Source: Flavobacteriales bacterium
Lineage (GTDB): Bacteria > Bacteroidota > Bacteroidia > Flavobacteriales_D > Parvicellaceae
Direction of reading: 5' to 3'
DNA: 39,358 bases
Assembly: GCA_015488785.1 (NCBI GenBank)
Contig: WFNC01000522.1
Coordinates: 1 to 39,358, forward strand
Made by a program: the position numbers and the translations under genes. Below the pieces are notes generated by a model. It searched no databases. It was not told the origin of the DNA and saw nothing but the letters and a program-made list of their open reading frames with translations. Below, piece after piece: positions 18,238-28,513 of this stretch; within the stretch, counting starts at the first letter, position 1, and each line of letters opens with the position of its first letter.

Positions 18238-19151
18238 CAAAAGAACAGATTCTAAGTAAAGTTATAAATGTGGTAGAAAAATTCATACAATATATATTAG
18301 TCGAAAAACGATATTCTAAACATACAATTGTGTCGTATAAGAATGATTTGCTTCAATTCGAAAAGTATTTATCAAGTGATTATGAAGAATCAATAGAAAA
18401 AGCAACCCCTGTAATGATTCGTTCATGGATGGCTTTGCTTGTTCAAGCGGGTATTCAAGAGCGAACAGTAAACCGAAAATTAAGTTCACTACGTTCTTAT
18501 TATAAGTATTTAATCCAAAACAAAATAAGAAACGATAATCCAGTAGTTAATATTAAAGTCCTAAAGACAAGAAAAAGACTTCCAAATTTTATCAAACAAC
18601 AAGAAATGGATAATCTTTTCAATGAAATAGACTTTTCCAATGAATTTTCAGATCAAAGAGATAAGTTACTATTGTATATATTATTTTTTACAGGAATTAG
18701 ATTGTCAGAACTAATAAATTTAAAAGACAATGATATTTCTGATAAAGTAATTAGAGTTATTGGAAAAAGAAATAAAGAACGAGATGTTCCGATAACACCT
18801 TTTTTGCGAAAAGAGATTCTAAATTACACTATATTAAGGAGTCAGACATTTGAAGAATCAGGTAATGATCTTTTGCTTACAAATAAAGGTCAAAAACTTT
18901 ACGAAAAATTTGTATATAGAAAGGTAAAACATTACCTTAGTTTAGTGACAACTCAAAAAGAGATAAGTCCACATGTATTAAGACATACGTTTGCGACTCA
19001 AATGTTAAACAATGGAGCTGACCTAAATGCAATAAAAGAAATATTAGGGCATTCAGATTTAACGGCAACACAAGTTTATACACATAACTCTTTAGAGAAG
19101 TTAAAAGGAATATATAAACAAGCTCACCCTAGAAGTGAGAATAAAAAATAA
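18201..19151 (+). CDS. tyrosine recombinase, XerC/XerD-like
   Basis: N-terminal SAM-like core-binding region (FIQYILVEKRYSKHTIVSYKNDLLQF). Catalytic residues in context: GIRLSELINL (R), HVLRHTFAT (H-x-x-R), LGHSDLTATQVYTH (H...Y). There is no in-frame ATG near the N-terminus, so the start is TTG 18201 (inside a hairpin) or GTG 18270. The start is uncertain. Confidence 0.85.
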   Translation: MKKSEDAVSIPYAKEQILSKVINVVEKFIQYILVEKRYSKHTIVSYKNDLLQFEKYLSSDYEESIEKATPVMIRSWMALLVQAGIQERTVNRKLSSLRSYYKYLIQNKIRNDNPVVNIKVLKTRKRLPNFIKQQEMDNLFNEIDFSNEFSDQRDKLLLYILFFTGIRLSELINLKDNDISDKVIRVIGKRNKERDVPITPFLRKEILNYTILRSQTFEESGNDLLLTNKGQKLYEKFVYRKVKHYLSLVTTQKEISPHVLRHTFATQMLNNGADLNAIKEILGHSDLTATQVYTHNSLEKLKGIYKQAHPRSENKK

Positions 19152-19155
19152 AATT

Positions 19156-19446
19156 ATGGATATTAAAGTTCAATCAGTAAATTTCGATGCAGATGAAAAG
19201 TTAATTGCTTTTGTAGAAAACAGAGTAGAGAAACTTCAAACTTATTTTGATAACATCACGGGAGTAGAATCTTTCTTAAGGATAGAGAAGTCTGATAACC
19301 TCGAAAATAAATTAGTAGAAATAAAAGTTTTGTTACCAGGTAAAGAAATTTTCGCTAAAAAAAACGCAAAATCTTTCGAAGAAGCTGCAGATGAGTCTGT
19401 TGAAGCCTTGAGAAGACAGCTTGTAAAGTATAAGGAAAGACTATAG
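19156..19446 (+). CDS. hpf: ribosome hibernation / ribosome-associated inhibitor factor (short HPF/RaiA, S30AE family)
   Basis: 96 aa, MDIKVQSVNFDADEKLIAFVENRVEKL...EEAADESVEALRRQLVKYKE, the typical HPF/YfiA pattern. ATG 19156 is preferred over the ORF-track start 19135. Confidence 0.85.
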   Translation: MDIKVQSVNFDADEKLIAFVENRVEKLQTYFDNITGVESFLRIEKSDNLENKLVEIKVLLPGKEIFAKKNAKSFEEAADESVEALRRQLVKYKERL

Positions 19447-19512
19447 TTTAAGTCGTTGTAAAAAAAATATTATTTTTTTTAAAAAAAAGCTTGCGATTCT
19501 AAAAGTTCTTAT

Positions 19513-19520
19513 TATCTTTG
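19513..19520 (+). promoter_or_regulatory. promoter -7 box TATCTTTG with a TTG at 19491-19493 (-33) for tRNA-Thr/Tyr
   Basis: Exact TAnnTTTG match with a TTG 19 nt upstream, about 55 nt before the first tRNA. Confidence 0.6.
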
Positions 19521-19573
19521 CACAGCCTTACGGAAATTAAGGTATAGTTCTTAAGTAAGTTTTGAATAATATT

Positions 19574-19647
19574 GCCAATGTAGCTCAGTTGGCTAGAGCA
19601 GCTGATTTGTAATCAGCAGGTCGTGGGTTCGAGTCCCTCCATTGGCT
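19574..19647 (+). tRNA. tRNA-Thr (anticodon UGU)
   Basis: The cloverleaf folds by hand: acceptor GCCAATG/CATTGGC, anticodon stem GCTGA/TCAGC with loop TTTGTAA, T-loop TTCGAGT. CCA follows in the DNA (19648-19650). Confidence 0.93.
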
Positions 19648-19657
19648 CCATTTAGTT

Positions 19658-19739
19658 GGGGGTGTCGCATAGCGGCTATTGCAACAGACTGTAACTCTGT
19701 CACCTTCGGGTATCGTTGGTTCGAGTCCATCCACCCCCA
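19658..19739 (+). tRNA. tRNA-Tyr (anticodon GUA), long variable arm
   Basis: Acceptor GGGGGTG/CACCCCC, anticodon stem ACAGA/TCTGT with loop CTGTAAC, long variable arm CACCTTCGGGTATC, T-loop TTCGAGT. Confidence 0.9.
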
Positions 19740-19796
19740 CGAAGGAAAATAAAATAATTTTTTTTGAAAAACATTTGTTTTTTAATTAAAAAGTAT

Positions 19797-19804
19797 TATC
19801 TTTG
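19797..19804 (+). promoter_or_regulatory. second promoter -7 box TATCTTTG with TTTG at 19774-19777 (-33), upstream of tRNA-Gly
   Basis: Same octamer as at 19513 with the same 19-nt spacing to an upstream TTTG. It lies 12 nt before tRNA-Gly. Confidence 0.55.
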
Positions 19805-19815
19805 TATTCCGAAAA

Positions 19816-19888
19816 GCGAGAGTAGCTCAGCTGGTAGAGCATCAGCCTTCCAAGCTGAGGGTCGCGAGTTCGAATCTCGTCTCTCGCT
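19816..19888 (+). tRNA. tRNA-Gly (anticodon UCC)
   Basis: Acceptor GCGAGAG/CTCTCGC, anticodon stem TCAGC/GCTGA with loop CTTCCAA, T-loop TTCGAAT. Confidence 0.93.
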
Positions 19889-19897
19889 CTGTGACTT

Positions 19898-19941
19898 AAA
19901 GGAGAACTAGTGATGATACTGGTTCTCCTTTTTGTGTTTTT
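19898..19941 (+). terminator. terminator-like hairpin plus T-tract between tRNA-Gly and tRNA-Thr(GGU)
   Basis: aaaggagaac (19898-19907) / gttctccttt (19922-19931) with a 14-nt loop, followed by ttgtgttttt. It ends 3-4 nt before the next tRNA. Confidence 0.5.
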
Positions 19942-19944
19942 AAA

Positions 19945-20016
<72 letters not shown>

Positions 20017-20082
20017 CAAAAGCTCAATGGTGGATTTAAGAAAGTAAATAAGTATATAATTAATAAATAAAACAAAGTTAAG

Positions 20083-21270
20083 ATGGCTAAAGAAACCTTC
20101 GAACGTACTAAACCACACGTGAATATTGGAACAATAGGTCACGTGGATCACGGTAAGACAACTCTTACTGCTGCAATTTCTAAAGTTTTAGCTGACCAAG
20201 GGTTGGCAGAAATGAAAGATTTTTCTCAAATTGATAATGCTCCTGAAGAGAAAGAAAGAGGTATTACAATTAATACAGCTCACATTGAGTATGAAACAGA
20301 AGCTAGACATTATGCACATGTAGATTGTCCAGGTCACGCCGATTATGTTAAGAACATGGTTACGGGAGCTGCTCAAATGGATGGTGCTATTCTTGTTTGT
20401 GCTGCGACTGATGGTCCTATGCCTCAAACTAGAGAGCATATCTTGTTGTCTAAACAAGTAAATGTACCTAAATTAGTTGTATTCATGAATAAAGTGGATA
20501 TGGTTGATGATGAAGAGTTGTTAGAATTAGTTGAAATGGAATTAGAAGAATTATTAGAATCTTACGATTATAATGATACTCCAATTCTTGCTGGTTCTGC
20601 TTTAGGAGCTTTGAATGGAGATGCTAAATGGGTTGATTCAGTTAAGAAATTAATGGATACAGTTGATTCATGGATTCCTACACCAGAAAGAGATGTTGAA
20701 AAACCTTTCTTAATGTCTGTTGAAGATGTATTCTCTATTACAGGACGTGGGACTGTAGCTACAGGAGCAATCGAAACTGGAATAATTAATACTGGAGACC
20801 CAGTTGAAATTATTGGAATGCAAGCAGATAACGGTGTTATGACATCTACAGTTACAGGAGTTGAAATGTTCCGTAAAATATTAGATGAAGGAAGAGCTGG
20901 TGAAAACGTAGGTCTTTTATTAAGAGGTATTGATAAAGCTGATATCAAAAGAGGTATGGTTGTCGCTAAGCCTGGTTCAATTACACCACATGCTAAATTT
21001 AAAGCTGAGGTTTATGTATTGAAAAAAGAAGAAGGTGGACGTCACACTCCATTTCATAACAGATACCGTCCTCAGTTCTATTTTAGAACTTTAGATGTTA
21101 CTGGGACAATTACTTTAGAAGAAGGACGTGAAATGGTTATGCCAGGAGATAACGTTACTATCGACGTTGAGTTAATTACTCCAGTTGCAATGGATTTAGG
21201 TTTACGTTTTGCTATCCGTGAAGGAGGTAGGACAGTAGGAGCTGGTCAGGTAACTGAAATAATAGCTTAA
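20083..21270 (+). CDS. tuf: translation elongation factor Tu
   Basis: 395 aa with [22 protein letters not shown] and an unmistakable EF-Tu sequence throughout. Confidence 0.99.
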   Translation: MAKETFERTKPHVNIGTIGHVDHGKTTLTAAISKVLADQGLAEMKDFSQIDNAPEEKERGITINTAHIEYETEARHYAHVDCPGHADYVKNMVTGAAQMDGAILVCAATDGPMPQTREHILLSKQVNVPKLVVFMNKVDMVDDEELLELVEMELEELLESYDYNDTPILAGSALGALNGDAKWVDSVKKLMDTVDSWIPTPERDVEKPFLMSVEDVFSITGRGTVATGAIETGIINTGDPVEIIGMQADNGVMTSTVTGVEMFRKILDEGRAGENVGLLLRGIDKADIKRGMVVAKPGSITPHAKFKAEVYVLKKEEGGRHTPFHNRYRPQFYFRTLDVTGTITLEEGREMVMPGDNVTIDVELITPVAMDLGLRFAIREGGRTVGAGQVTEIIA

Positions 21271-21292
21271 TAACTTAATTGTTAGAAATTGT

Positions 21293-21327
21293 CAAAAAGG
21301 TTCTCGTATTTTACGGGTAACCTTTTT
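21293..21327 (+). terminator. hairpin after tuf, possibly a terminator or processing signal
   Basis: 10-bp stem caaaaaggtt / aacctttttg with a 15-nt loop. The downstream T-tract is weak. tRNA-Trp follows 45 nt later. Confidence 0.4.
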
Positions 21328-21372
21328 GTCATATATTTAAATTTACATTGAAAGGTGTAGATTTAAAGGTTT

Positions 21373-21445
21373 ACGGGTGTAGCTCAGTTGGTAGAGCACT
21401 GGTCTCCAAAACCAGGTGTCGGGAGTTCGAGTCTCTCCACCCGTG
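21373..21445 (+). tRNA. tRNA-Trp (anticodon CCA)
   Basis: Acceptor ACGGGTG/CACCCGT, anticodon stem CTGGT/ACCAG with loop CTCCAAA, T-loop TTCGAGT. Confidence 0.93.
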
Positions 21446-21473
21446 CAAAATATTAATTTAATAGATTTTAACT

Positions 21474-21716
21474 GTGGCAGAATTTATCGCATATATTAAA
21501 GACGCTAAAGAAGAATTACTTCATAAAGTATCTTGGCCTACATGGAAAGAATTGCAGTCAAGTGCAATTTTGGTTTTAATTACATGTATTATTATTTCAT
21601 TATTCATATGGTTAATGGATTTTACATTTGGAATTACTCCTATCAAGGAAGGTGAGAGCGGATGGAGAGGTTTACTAGGGTATTTTTATGAAATGTTTAA
21701 TTCATCTTCAAAATAA
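21474..21716 (+). CDS. secE: preprotein translocase subunit SecE
   Basis: Small protein with a GTG start and one C-terminal TM segment (AILVLITCIIISLFIWLMDF) after an amphipathic N-terminus. It sits in the conserved position between tRNA-Trp and nusG. Confidence 0.85.
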   Translation: MAEFIAYIKDAKEELLHKVSWPTWKELQSSAILVLITCIIISLFIWLMDFTFGITPIKEGESGWRGLLGYFYEMFNSSSK

Positions 21717-21722
21717 TCAAGC

Positions 21723-22274
21723 ATGGCTGAAGTGAAAAAGAGATGGTACGTGATTCGTGCTATTAGCGGAAAGGAAAAGAAAGTTAAAGAGCAATTAGAA
21801 ATTGAAATAGAAAGACAAAATTTGTCTGACTATGTTGAACAAATTTTAATTCCAACAGAAAAGGTTTATCAAATTCGAAATGGTAAAAAAATAAGCAAAG
21901 AGAAAAATTACCTACCAGGGTATGTTTTAATCGAAGCTGCTTTAGTTGGAGAGGTTGAACATGTTATTCAATCAACAAATAATATAATTGGATTTTTAGG
22001 AGGAGAAAAAGGAGGAGATCCTTTACCAATGAGAGATTCAGAGGTTAATAGAATTTTAGGGAAAGTTGATGAATTGGCAGAGGCTGATGAAGAAATGAAC
22101 GTTCCTTATGTTGTTGGAGAAGCTATCAAAGTAATAGATGGACCTTTCAATAACTTCAACGGAGTCGTTGAGGAAATTAACGAAGAGAAGAAAAAACTGA
22201 AAGTAATGGTTAAGATTTTTGGTCGTAAAACACCATTAGAATTAAACTATACGCAAGTAACAAAAGAGAATTAA
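21723..22274 (+). CDS. nusG: transcription termination/antitermination factor NusG
   Basis: NGN domain start RWYVIRAISGKEKKV and the C-terminal KOW motif (GEAIKVIDGPFNNFNGVVEEI). Confidence 0.95.
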   Translation: MAEVKKRWYVIRAISGKEKKVKEQLEIEIERQNLSDYVEQILIPTEKVYQIRNGKKISKEKNYLPGYVLIEAALVGEVEHVIQSTNNIIGFLGGEKGGDPLPMRDSEVNRILGKVDELAEADEEMNVPYVVGEAIKVIDGPFNNFNGVVEEINEEKKKLKVMVKIFGRKTPLELNYTQVTKEN

Positions 22275-22331
22275 GATAGTGTACTAGTCGATTAAAGCTT
22301 CCCGGCGAATACGCGTAATAAATAAATAACA

Positions 22332-22775
22332 ATGGCAAAAGAAGTAAGTGGATTAATCAAACTTCAGATTAAAGGTGGAGCGGCAAATCCTTCGCCACCA
22401 GTAGGACCTGCATTAGGTGCTAAAGGTGTAAATATCATGGAGTTCTGTAAGCAATTTAATGCTAGAACTCAAGATAAAGCGGGGAAAGTATTGCCTGCTG
22501 TAATCACTGTATACTCAGATAAGTCTTTTGATTTTGTAATAAAAACACCTCCAGCTGCAGTTCAATTATTGGAAGCAGCTAAGTTGAAAAAAGGTTCTTC
22601 GGAGTCTAATAAACTTAAAGTTGGTAAAGTAACTTGGGAACAAGTTCAAGCTATTGCAGAAGATAAAATGGCCGATTTAAACTGTTTTACTATCCATTCA
22701 GGAATGAAGATGATAGCTGGAACAGCAAGAAGTATGGGATTAACAGTTAAAGGAAAAGCTCCTTGGGAAGTATAA
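22332..22775 (+). CDS. rplK: 50S ribosomal protein L11
   Basis: [35 protein letters not shown] is the canonical L11 N-terminus. Confidence 0.98.
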   Translation: MAKEVSGLIKLQIKGGAANPSPPVGPALGAKGVNIMEFCKQFNARTQDKAGKVLPAVITVYSDKSFDFVIKTPPAAVQLLEAAKLKKGSSESNKLKVGKVTWEQVQAIAEDKMADLNCFTIHSGMKMIAGTARSMGLTVKGKAPWEV

Positions 22776-22795
22776 TCTGAATAAACAGAAAAATT

Positions 22796-23488
22796 ATGGC
22801 ACTGACAAAGAAGAGAAAAGAAGCCTTAGCTAAATACGATAGCGAAAAGGTATATTCATTGGACGAAGCTTCAAAAATTATCAAGGAAATATCAACTACT
22901 AACTTTGATTCTTCTATTGACGTTGCGGTAAGATTGGGTGTAGACCCTCGTAAAGCTAACCAAATGGTTAGAGGAACGGTATCTTTACCTCACGGAACTG
23001 GAAAGGATGTAAAAGTATTAGTATTGTGTACTGCTGATAAAGAAAAAGAAGCGTTAGAAGCAGGTGCTGATTACGTTGGATTAGATGAGTTTATCACCAA
23101 AATTAAAGGTGGTTGGACTGATGTAGATGTAATTATCACTATGCCATCAGTAATGGGGAAAGTAGGTGCTTTAGGTCGTATTTTAGGACCTAGAGGATTA
23201 ATGCCAAACCCTAAGACTGGTACCGTTACTATGAATGTAGCTCAAGCTGTGACAGATGTAAAAGCTGGAAAAATTGACTTTAGAGTTGATAAATTCGGTA
23301 TAATACACGCTGCTATAGGTAAAGCTTCTTTCGAATCAGAAAAAATTGCAGATAACGCAAGAGAATTGATTTCAACGCTAATTAAACTTAAACCAACTGC
23401 TGCGAAAGGTACTTATATTAAGAGTCTTTCTATTTCAAGCACAATGAGTCCAAGTATTAATGTAGAATCAAAATCGATTGAGGCGTAA
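22796..23488 (+). CDS. rplA: 50S ribosomal protein L1
   Basis: 230 aa. [24 protein letters not shown] and [16 protein letters not shown] are L1 signatures. Confidence 0.98.
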   Translation: MALTKKRKEALAKYDSEKVYSLDEASKIIKEISTTNFDSSIDVAVRLGVDPRKANQMVRGTVSLPHGTGKDVKVLVLCTADKEKEALEAGADYVGLDEFITKIKGGWTDVDVIITMPSVMGKVGALGRILGPRGLMPNPKTGTVTMNVAQAVTDVKAGKIDFRVDKFGIIHAAIGKASFESEKIADNARELISTLIKLKPTAAKGTYIKSLSISSTMSPSINVESKSIEA

Positions 23489-23508
23489 CTGCTAAAAATG
23501 TAACAAAC

Positions 23509-24027
23509 ATGACCAGAGAAGAAAAACAAAATGCAATTGAGGTCTTAACTGACAGACTTGCTGGATCTGGAATATTTTATGTCGCAGACACTTCAGAACT
23601 AACGGCGGAAGCTACTAGTGACTTAAGAAGAGCTTGCTTCAAACAAAATGTTCAATTGAGCGTAGTTAAAAATACATTGCTTAAAAAAGCAATGGAGAAA
23701 GTTGATGGTAAAGATCTTGCAGAAATGTATGATGTTTTGGCTGGTCCAACAGCAATAATGTTTGCAGAGGTAGGTAATGCTCCGGCAAAAATCATTAAAG
23801 AATTTCGTAAGAAAAATGATAAGCCGATTTTAAAAGCAGCCTACGTTGAAGAAGCAATATATATTGGAGACGATCAATTACAAACTCTTGTTGACATCAA
23901 GTCTAAAGAAGAAATGATTGGTGAAGTAATTGGATTACTTCAATCGCCTGCTAAAAACGTATTGTCAGCTCTTCAGTCTGGAGGCGGAACAATTGCAGGA
24001 CTAGTGAAAACTTTATCTGAAAGATAA
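23509..24027 (+). CDS. rplJ: 50S ribosomal protein L10
   Basis: 172 aa in the position between rplA and rplL. L10-like LRRACFKQNVQLSVVKNTLLKKA. Confidence 0.95.
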   Translation: MTREEKQNAIEVLTDRLAGSGIFYVADTSELTAEATSDLRRACFKQNVQLSVVKNTLLKKAMEKVDGKDLAEMYDVLAGPTAIMFAEVGNAPAKIIKEFRKKNDKPILKAAYVEEAIYIGDDQLQTLVDIKSKEEMIGEVIGLLQSPAKNVLSALQSGGGTIAGLVKTLSER

Positions 24028-24088
24028 AAAAAGAATTAAATTTAATTAGTAAAACAAAACAAGTACGAAAGTACTAAAATTAATTATT

Positions 24089-24460
24089 ATGGCGGATATT
24101 AAAGCTATGGCAGAAAGTTTAGTAAACTTAACTGTAAAAGAAGTAAACGAATTAGCAACAATCTTAAAAGATGAGTACGGAATCGAACCAGCAGCAGCTG
24201 CAGTAGCAGTAGCAGCAGGTGGAGGAGGTGCTGATGCAGCTGAAGAACAAACTGAATTTAATGTTGTTCTTAAAGCAGCAGGAGCAGCTAAATTAAAAGT
24301 TGTAAAAGCGGTTAAAGAATTGTGTGGTTTAGGACTTAAAGAAGCTAAAGAATTAGTTGATTCAGCTCCAGCAAACATCAAAGAAGGTGTTTCTAAAGAC
24401 GAAGCTGATGCTTTGAAAACTGCTTTGGAAGAAGTAGGTGCAGAAGTAGAAGTTAAGTAA
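24089..24460 (+). CDS. rplL: 50S ribosomal protein L7/L12
   Basis: 123 aa with an Ala-rich hinge ([14 protein letters not shown]) and the C-terminal domain [24 protein letters not shown]. Confidence 0.98.
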   Translation: MADIKAMAESLVNLTVKEVNELATILKDEYGIEPAAAAVAVAAGGGGADAAEEQTEFNVVLKAAGAAKLKVVKAVKELCGLGLKEAKELVDSAPANIKEGVSKDEADALKTALEEVGAEVEVK

Positions 24461-24481
24461 TTACATAACTTATTATAATTA

Positions 24482-24540
24482 GGTTTAGGTCCTTTCTTTC
24501 GAAGAATTTCGAGAGAGAGTGCCTAAACCCTTTTGTGTTT
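24482..24540 (+). terminator. rplL-rpoB intergenic attenuator or terminator hairpin
   Basis: Long, nearly continuous stem (about 20 bp including G-U pairs) from ggtttagg (24482-24489) to cctaaacc (24522-24529) with a gaat loop, followed by cttttgtgttt. Confidence 0.65.
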
Positions 24541-24602
24541 AATAGAGATTCTGTTTTTCACAAATAAAAACTCAACATTTGTTTAATTTAAACATTTAAG
24601 CC

Positions 24603-27600
24603 TTGGCAACCGAAACTAATATTCCAAAAAGAGTCAACTTTGCATCTAGTATGCACCGCTCTGACTATCCAGATTTTTTAGATGTTCAATTGAAATCTTT
24701 TCAAGAATTTTTTCAATTAGAAACTACACCAGAAAATCGTTCCGATGAAGGTTTATTCAAAGTTTTTTCAGAAAACTTTCCTATAACGGATACAAGAAAC
24801 CAATTTGTATTGGAATTTCTTGATTATTTTATTGATCCTCCACGTTACACAGTCGATGAGTGTGTAGAAAGAGGATTGACTTACGCTGTACCTTTAAAAG
24901 CCGTATTAAAGCTTTATTGTACAGATGAAGAACATGAAGATTTTGAGACAATAGTACAAGAGGTTTATCTTGGAACTATTCCTTATATGACTCCAAAAGG
25001 ATCTTTTGTAGTAAACGGAGCTGAAAGAGTTATCGTTTCTCAATTGCATAGATCTCCAGGTGTATTTTTTGGTCAAAGTCGTCATGCAAATGGAACTAAA
25101 TTATACTCTGCAAGAGTAATTCCTTTTAAAGGATCTTGGATTGAATTTGCGACTGACATTAATAGTGTTATGTATGCTTATATCGATCGTAAAAAGAAAT
25201 TACCGGTTACCACTCTTTTTAGAGCTATTGGTTACCAAAGTGATAAAGACATTTTAGAAATTTTCGACCTTGCTGATGAAATTAAAGTCACTAAAGCTGG
25301 ACTTAAAAAAGCAGAAGGAAGAAAATTAGCTGCGCGTGTATTAAAAACATGGGTGGAAGATTTCGTTGATGAAGATACTGGTGAAGTAGTATCGATCGAA
25401 AGAAACGAAGTAATAATAGATCGTGAAGTGATTCTTGAAAAAGAACACATGGACATGATTTTAGAAGCTGGTGTTAAAACTGTTATTCTTCATAAAGAAG
25501 ATATTAACTCAGGTGACTTCTCTATTATTTACAACACATTACAAAAAGATACTTCCAATTCTGAAAAAGAAGCGGTTGAATATATTTATAGATTATTACG
25601 TAACGCTGAACCGCCAGATGAAGAGACGGCTAGAGGTGTTATCGATAAACTTTTCTTTTCTGAACAACGTTATGATTTAGGAGAAGTTGGTCGTTATAGA
25701 ATTAACAAAAAATTAGAACTTACTGAGTCTTTAGAACAAAGAGTTTTAACCAAAAATGATATAATATCGATTGTTAAATATCTAATCAAATTAGTTAATT
25801 CTAAAACTGATGTGGATGATATTGATCACTTAAGTAATAGACGCGTAAGAACAGTTGGAGAACAATTACACAATCAATTTGGTGTTGGTTTAGCTCGTAT
25901 GGCTAGAACAATTAGAGAAAGAATGAACGTTAGAGATAACGAAGTCTTTACTCCTATTGATTTAATTAATGCGAAGACATTATCAGCTGTTATTAATTCA
26001 TTTTTTGGAACAAATCAATTGTCTCAATTTATGGATCAAACGAATCCATTGGCAGAGGTTACGCATAAGCGTAGATTATCAGCACTTGGACCAGGTGGTT
26101 TATCGAGAGAAAGAGCAGGATTTGAGGTAAGGGATGTTCACTACACTCACTACGGAAGATTATGTACTATTGAAACTCCTGAGGGACCAAATATTGGTCT
26201 TATTTCTTCACTTGCTGTTTATGCAAAAGTGAATAAATTAGGGTTTATTGAAACTCCTTATAGAGAGGTTAAAGACGGTATTGTCGTTTTGGATAAGGAT
26301 CCAATTTATATGACAGCAGAAGAAGAGGATAATATGAATATCGCTCAGTCTATTGCTAAAACAGATGAAAAAGGAAATTTCTTAACAGAGCGTGTTAAAA
26401 CGCGTTTCGAAGGAGATTATCCGATGTCATTACCTGAAGATATTAATTATATTGATGTTGGAGCAAATCAAATTGCTTCTATTGCTGCATCTTGTATTCC
26501 TTTCTTGGAACATGATGATGCAAATAGAGCCTTGATGGGATCTAACATGCAGCGTCAAGCTGTACCATTATTAAAACCAGTTTCTCCTATTGTAGGAACA
26601 GGAATTGAAGAGTTGATCGCAAGACACTCTAGAGTTCTTCACCATGCTGAAGGTACAGGTGTAGTGGTATATGTTGATGCGAATGAAATTCATGTGAAAT
26701 ATGATTTGTCTGATAATCAAAAATTAGTTCGATTTGAAGATGATATCAAAATTTACAAATTAATTAAGAATAGAAAAACGAATCAAGGAACATCGATTAC
26801 TTTGAAACCTTTAGTTGTTAAAGGTCAAAAATTAATAAAAGGAGATGTTTTAGTTGAAGGTTACGGTACTCAAAAAGGTGAATTAGCTTTAGGTCAAAAT
26901 CTTAAAGTAGCATTTATGCCTTGGAAAGGATATAACTTTGAGGATGCGATTGTTATTTCTGAAAGAATTGTTAAGGAAGATGTATTTACTTCTATCCATA
27001 TCGATGAGTATTCTTTAGAAGTTAGAGATACTAAAAGAGGGATTGAAGAATTAACAGCTGATATTCCTAACGTAAGTGAGGAAGCAACTAAAGACCTTGA
27101 TGAAAATGGAATTATTAGAATAGGAGCGGAGGTAAAACCTGGCGATATTTTAATTGGGAAAATTACTCCTAAAGGAGAAAGCGATCCTTCTCCAGAAGAA
27201 AAACTTTTAAGAGCTATCTTTGGTGATAAAGCAGGTGATGTAAAAGACGCTTCATTAAAATGTTCTCCATCTACAAGAGGTGTTGTAATTAATAAAAAAT
27301 TATTTGCAAAATCAGTAAAAGATAGAAAGTCTAAAGCTGCGGATAAGCCTTTATTAGCTCAAATCGAAAAAGAGATGAATGCCGAAGTTAATGAACTTAA
27401 AGGTGTTTTGATTGAAAAGATTAGAGAAATTGTTGGAGATAAAAAATCGAAAGGTGTATTTAACAACTATAAAGAAGAAGTTCTTAAAAAAGGAGTTAAG
27501 TTTACTGAAAAGAATTTAAAAGATTTAGATTTCTTACACATTAATCCAAAAGGTTGGTCTGGAGATGAAGAAATTGATGCTTTAATTGAGGTTGTATTAC

Positions 27601-28415
27601 ATAACTTTAGTTTAAAAGCGACAGAGATTTTAGGTAAACACAAAAGAAGACAATTTAGAATTTCTGTAGGTGATGAATTACCAAATGGAATTATTAAATT
27701 GGCGAAAGTTTATTTAGCGAAGAAACGTAAGCTTAAAGTTGGAGATAAGATGGCGGGACGTCACGGGAATAAAGGTATTGTATCACGTATTGTACGTGAA
27801 GAAGATATGCCTTATTTGGAAGATGGAACAGCTGTCGATATTGTCTTAAATCCTCTTGGTGTACCTTCTCGTATGAACTTAGGTCAGATTTATGAAACGG
27901 TTCTTGCTTGGGCTGGAGAAAAGCTAGGAAAGAAATTTTCTACACCTATCTTTGATGGGGCAAGTATGCAACAAATTCATGATCTTACGGATGAAGCTGG
28001 AATTGAAAGAGATGGTAAAACTTATCTTTATGATGGTGGAACAGGAGATCGTTTTGATCAACCGGCAACAGTTGGGATCATTTATATGATTAAACTAAGC
28101 CATATGGTTGACGATAAAATGCATGCTCGTTCTATCGGACCTTATTCATTAATTACGCAACAACCATTAGGAGGTAAAGCTCAGTTTGGTGGTCAACGTT
28201 TTGGTGAAATGGAGGTTTGGGCATTAGAGGCTTATGGAGCTTCAAATATCCTACAAGAAATTTTAACTGTTAAATCTGATGATGTGATTGGAAGAGCGAA
28301 AGCTTATGAAGCAATCGTAAAAGGTCATAATTTACCTACACCGGGTATCCCTGAGTCTTTCAACGTATTGTTGAATGAATTAAGCGGATTAGCATTGAAT
28401 ATAACATTAAGTTAA
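24603..28415 (+). CDS. rpoB: DNA-directed RNA polymerase subunit beta
   Basis: 1270 aa with canonical RpoB motifs ([73 protein letters not shown]). It starts at TTG 24603, directly after an in-frame TAA. Confidence 0.98.
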   Translation: MATETNIPKRVNFASSMHRSDYPDFLDVQLKSFQEFFQLETTPENRSDEGLFKVFSENFPITDTRNQFVLEFLDYFIDPPRYTVDECVERGLTYAVPLKAVLKLYCTDEEHEDFETIVQEVYLGTIPYMTPKGSFVVNGAERVIVSQLHRSPGVFFGQSRHANGTKLYSARVIPFKGSWIEFATDINSVMYAYIDRKKKLPVTTLFRAIGYQSDKDILEIFDLADEIKVTKAGLKKAEGRKLAARVLKTWVEDFVDEDTGEVVSIERNEVIIDREVILEKEHMDMILEAGVKTVILHKEDINSGDFSIIYNTLQKDTSNSEKEAVEYIYRLLRNAEPPDEETARGVIDKLFFSEQRYDLGEVGRYRINKKLELTESLEQRVLTKNDIISIVKYLIKLVNSKTDVDDIDHLSNRRVRTVGEQLHNQFGVGLARMARTIRERMNVRDNEVFTPIDLINAKTLSAVINSFFGTNQLSQFMDQTNPLAEVTHKRRLSALGPGGLSRERAGFEVRDVHYTHYGRLCTIETPEGPNIGLISSLAVYAKVNKLGFIETPYREVKDGIVVLDKDPIYMTAEEEDNMNIAQSIAKTDEKGNFLTERVKTRFEGDYPMSLPEDINYIDVGANQIASIAASCIPFLEHDDANRALMGSNMQRQAVPLLKPVSPIVGTGIEELIARHSRVLHHAEGTGVVVYVDANEIHVKYDLSDNQKLVRFEDDIKIYKLIKNRKTNQGTSITLKPLVVKGQKLIKGDVLVEGYGTQKGELALGQNLKVAFMPWKGYNFEDAIVISERIVKEDVFTSIHIDEYSLEVRDTKRGIEELTADIPNVSEEATKDLDENGIIRIGAEVKPGDILIGKITPKGESDPSPEEKLLRAIFGDKAGDVKDASLKCSPSTRGVVINKKLFAKSVKDRKSKAADKPLLAQIEKEMNAEVNELKGVLIEKIREIVGDKKSKGVFNNYKEEVLKKGVKFTEKNLKDLDFLHINPKGWSGDEEIDALIEVVLHNFSLKATEILGKHKRRQFRISVGDELPNGIIKLAKVYLAKKRKLKVGDKMAGRHGNKGIVSRIVREEDMPYLEDGTAVDIVLNPLGVPSRMNLGQIYETVLAWAGEKLGKKFSTPIFDGASMQQIHDLTDEAGIERDGKTYLYDGGTGDRFDQPATVGIIYMIKLSHMVDDKMHARSIGPYSLITQQPLGGKAQFGGQRFGEMEVWALEAYGASNILQEILTVKSDDVIGRAKAYEAIVKGHNLPTPGIPESFNVLLNELSGLALNITLS

Positions 28416-28424
28416 ATTGAATTT

Positions 28425-28470
28425 AGAACCAAAGGTTGAACTAAACCTTTGGTTCTTCTTTAATTTTTTT
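28425..28470 (+). terminator. strong hairpin plus T-rich tail between rpoB and rpoC (attenuator or processing site candidate)
   Basis: Perfect 13-bp stem agaaccaaaggtt (28425-28437) / aacctttggttct (28444-28456) with a 6-nt loop, followed by tctttaattttttt. Confidence 0.5.
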
Positions 28471-28513
28471 ACTAATATTAAAATAGTTGTTTTACAACGA
28501 AATACTATAATAT

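Noticed and set aside
19458-19490. A8-TATTA-T8-A8 palindrome after hpf as a terminator
   Set aside because: The stem would be pure A-U and thermodynamically negligible. It is indistinguishable from AT-rich spacer composition.
20188-20948. Antisense ORFs inside tuf (20188-20457, 20568-20948), plus similar ones in rpoB (25232-25456, 25471-25680), rpoC (29182-29523), metG (33043-33258, 33524-33907), the 16773 gene (17087-17350, 17109-17330) and other genes
   Set aside because: All are fully embedded in strongly supported genes and have no signal peptide, motif or independent start context. They are typical chance ORFs.
24046-24381. 111-aa minus-strand ORF rich in Ala/Ser/Thr
   Set aside because: It is a mirror image of the Ala-rich rplL coding sequence. 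GC-rich GCN codons keep the antisense frame open, so this is an artefact.
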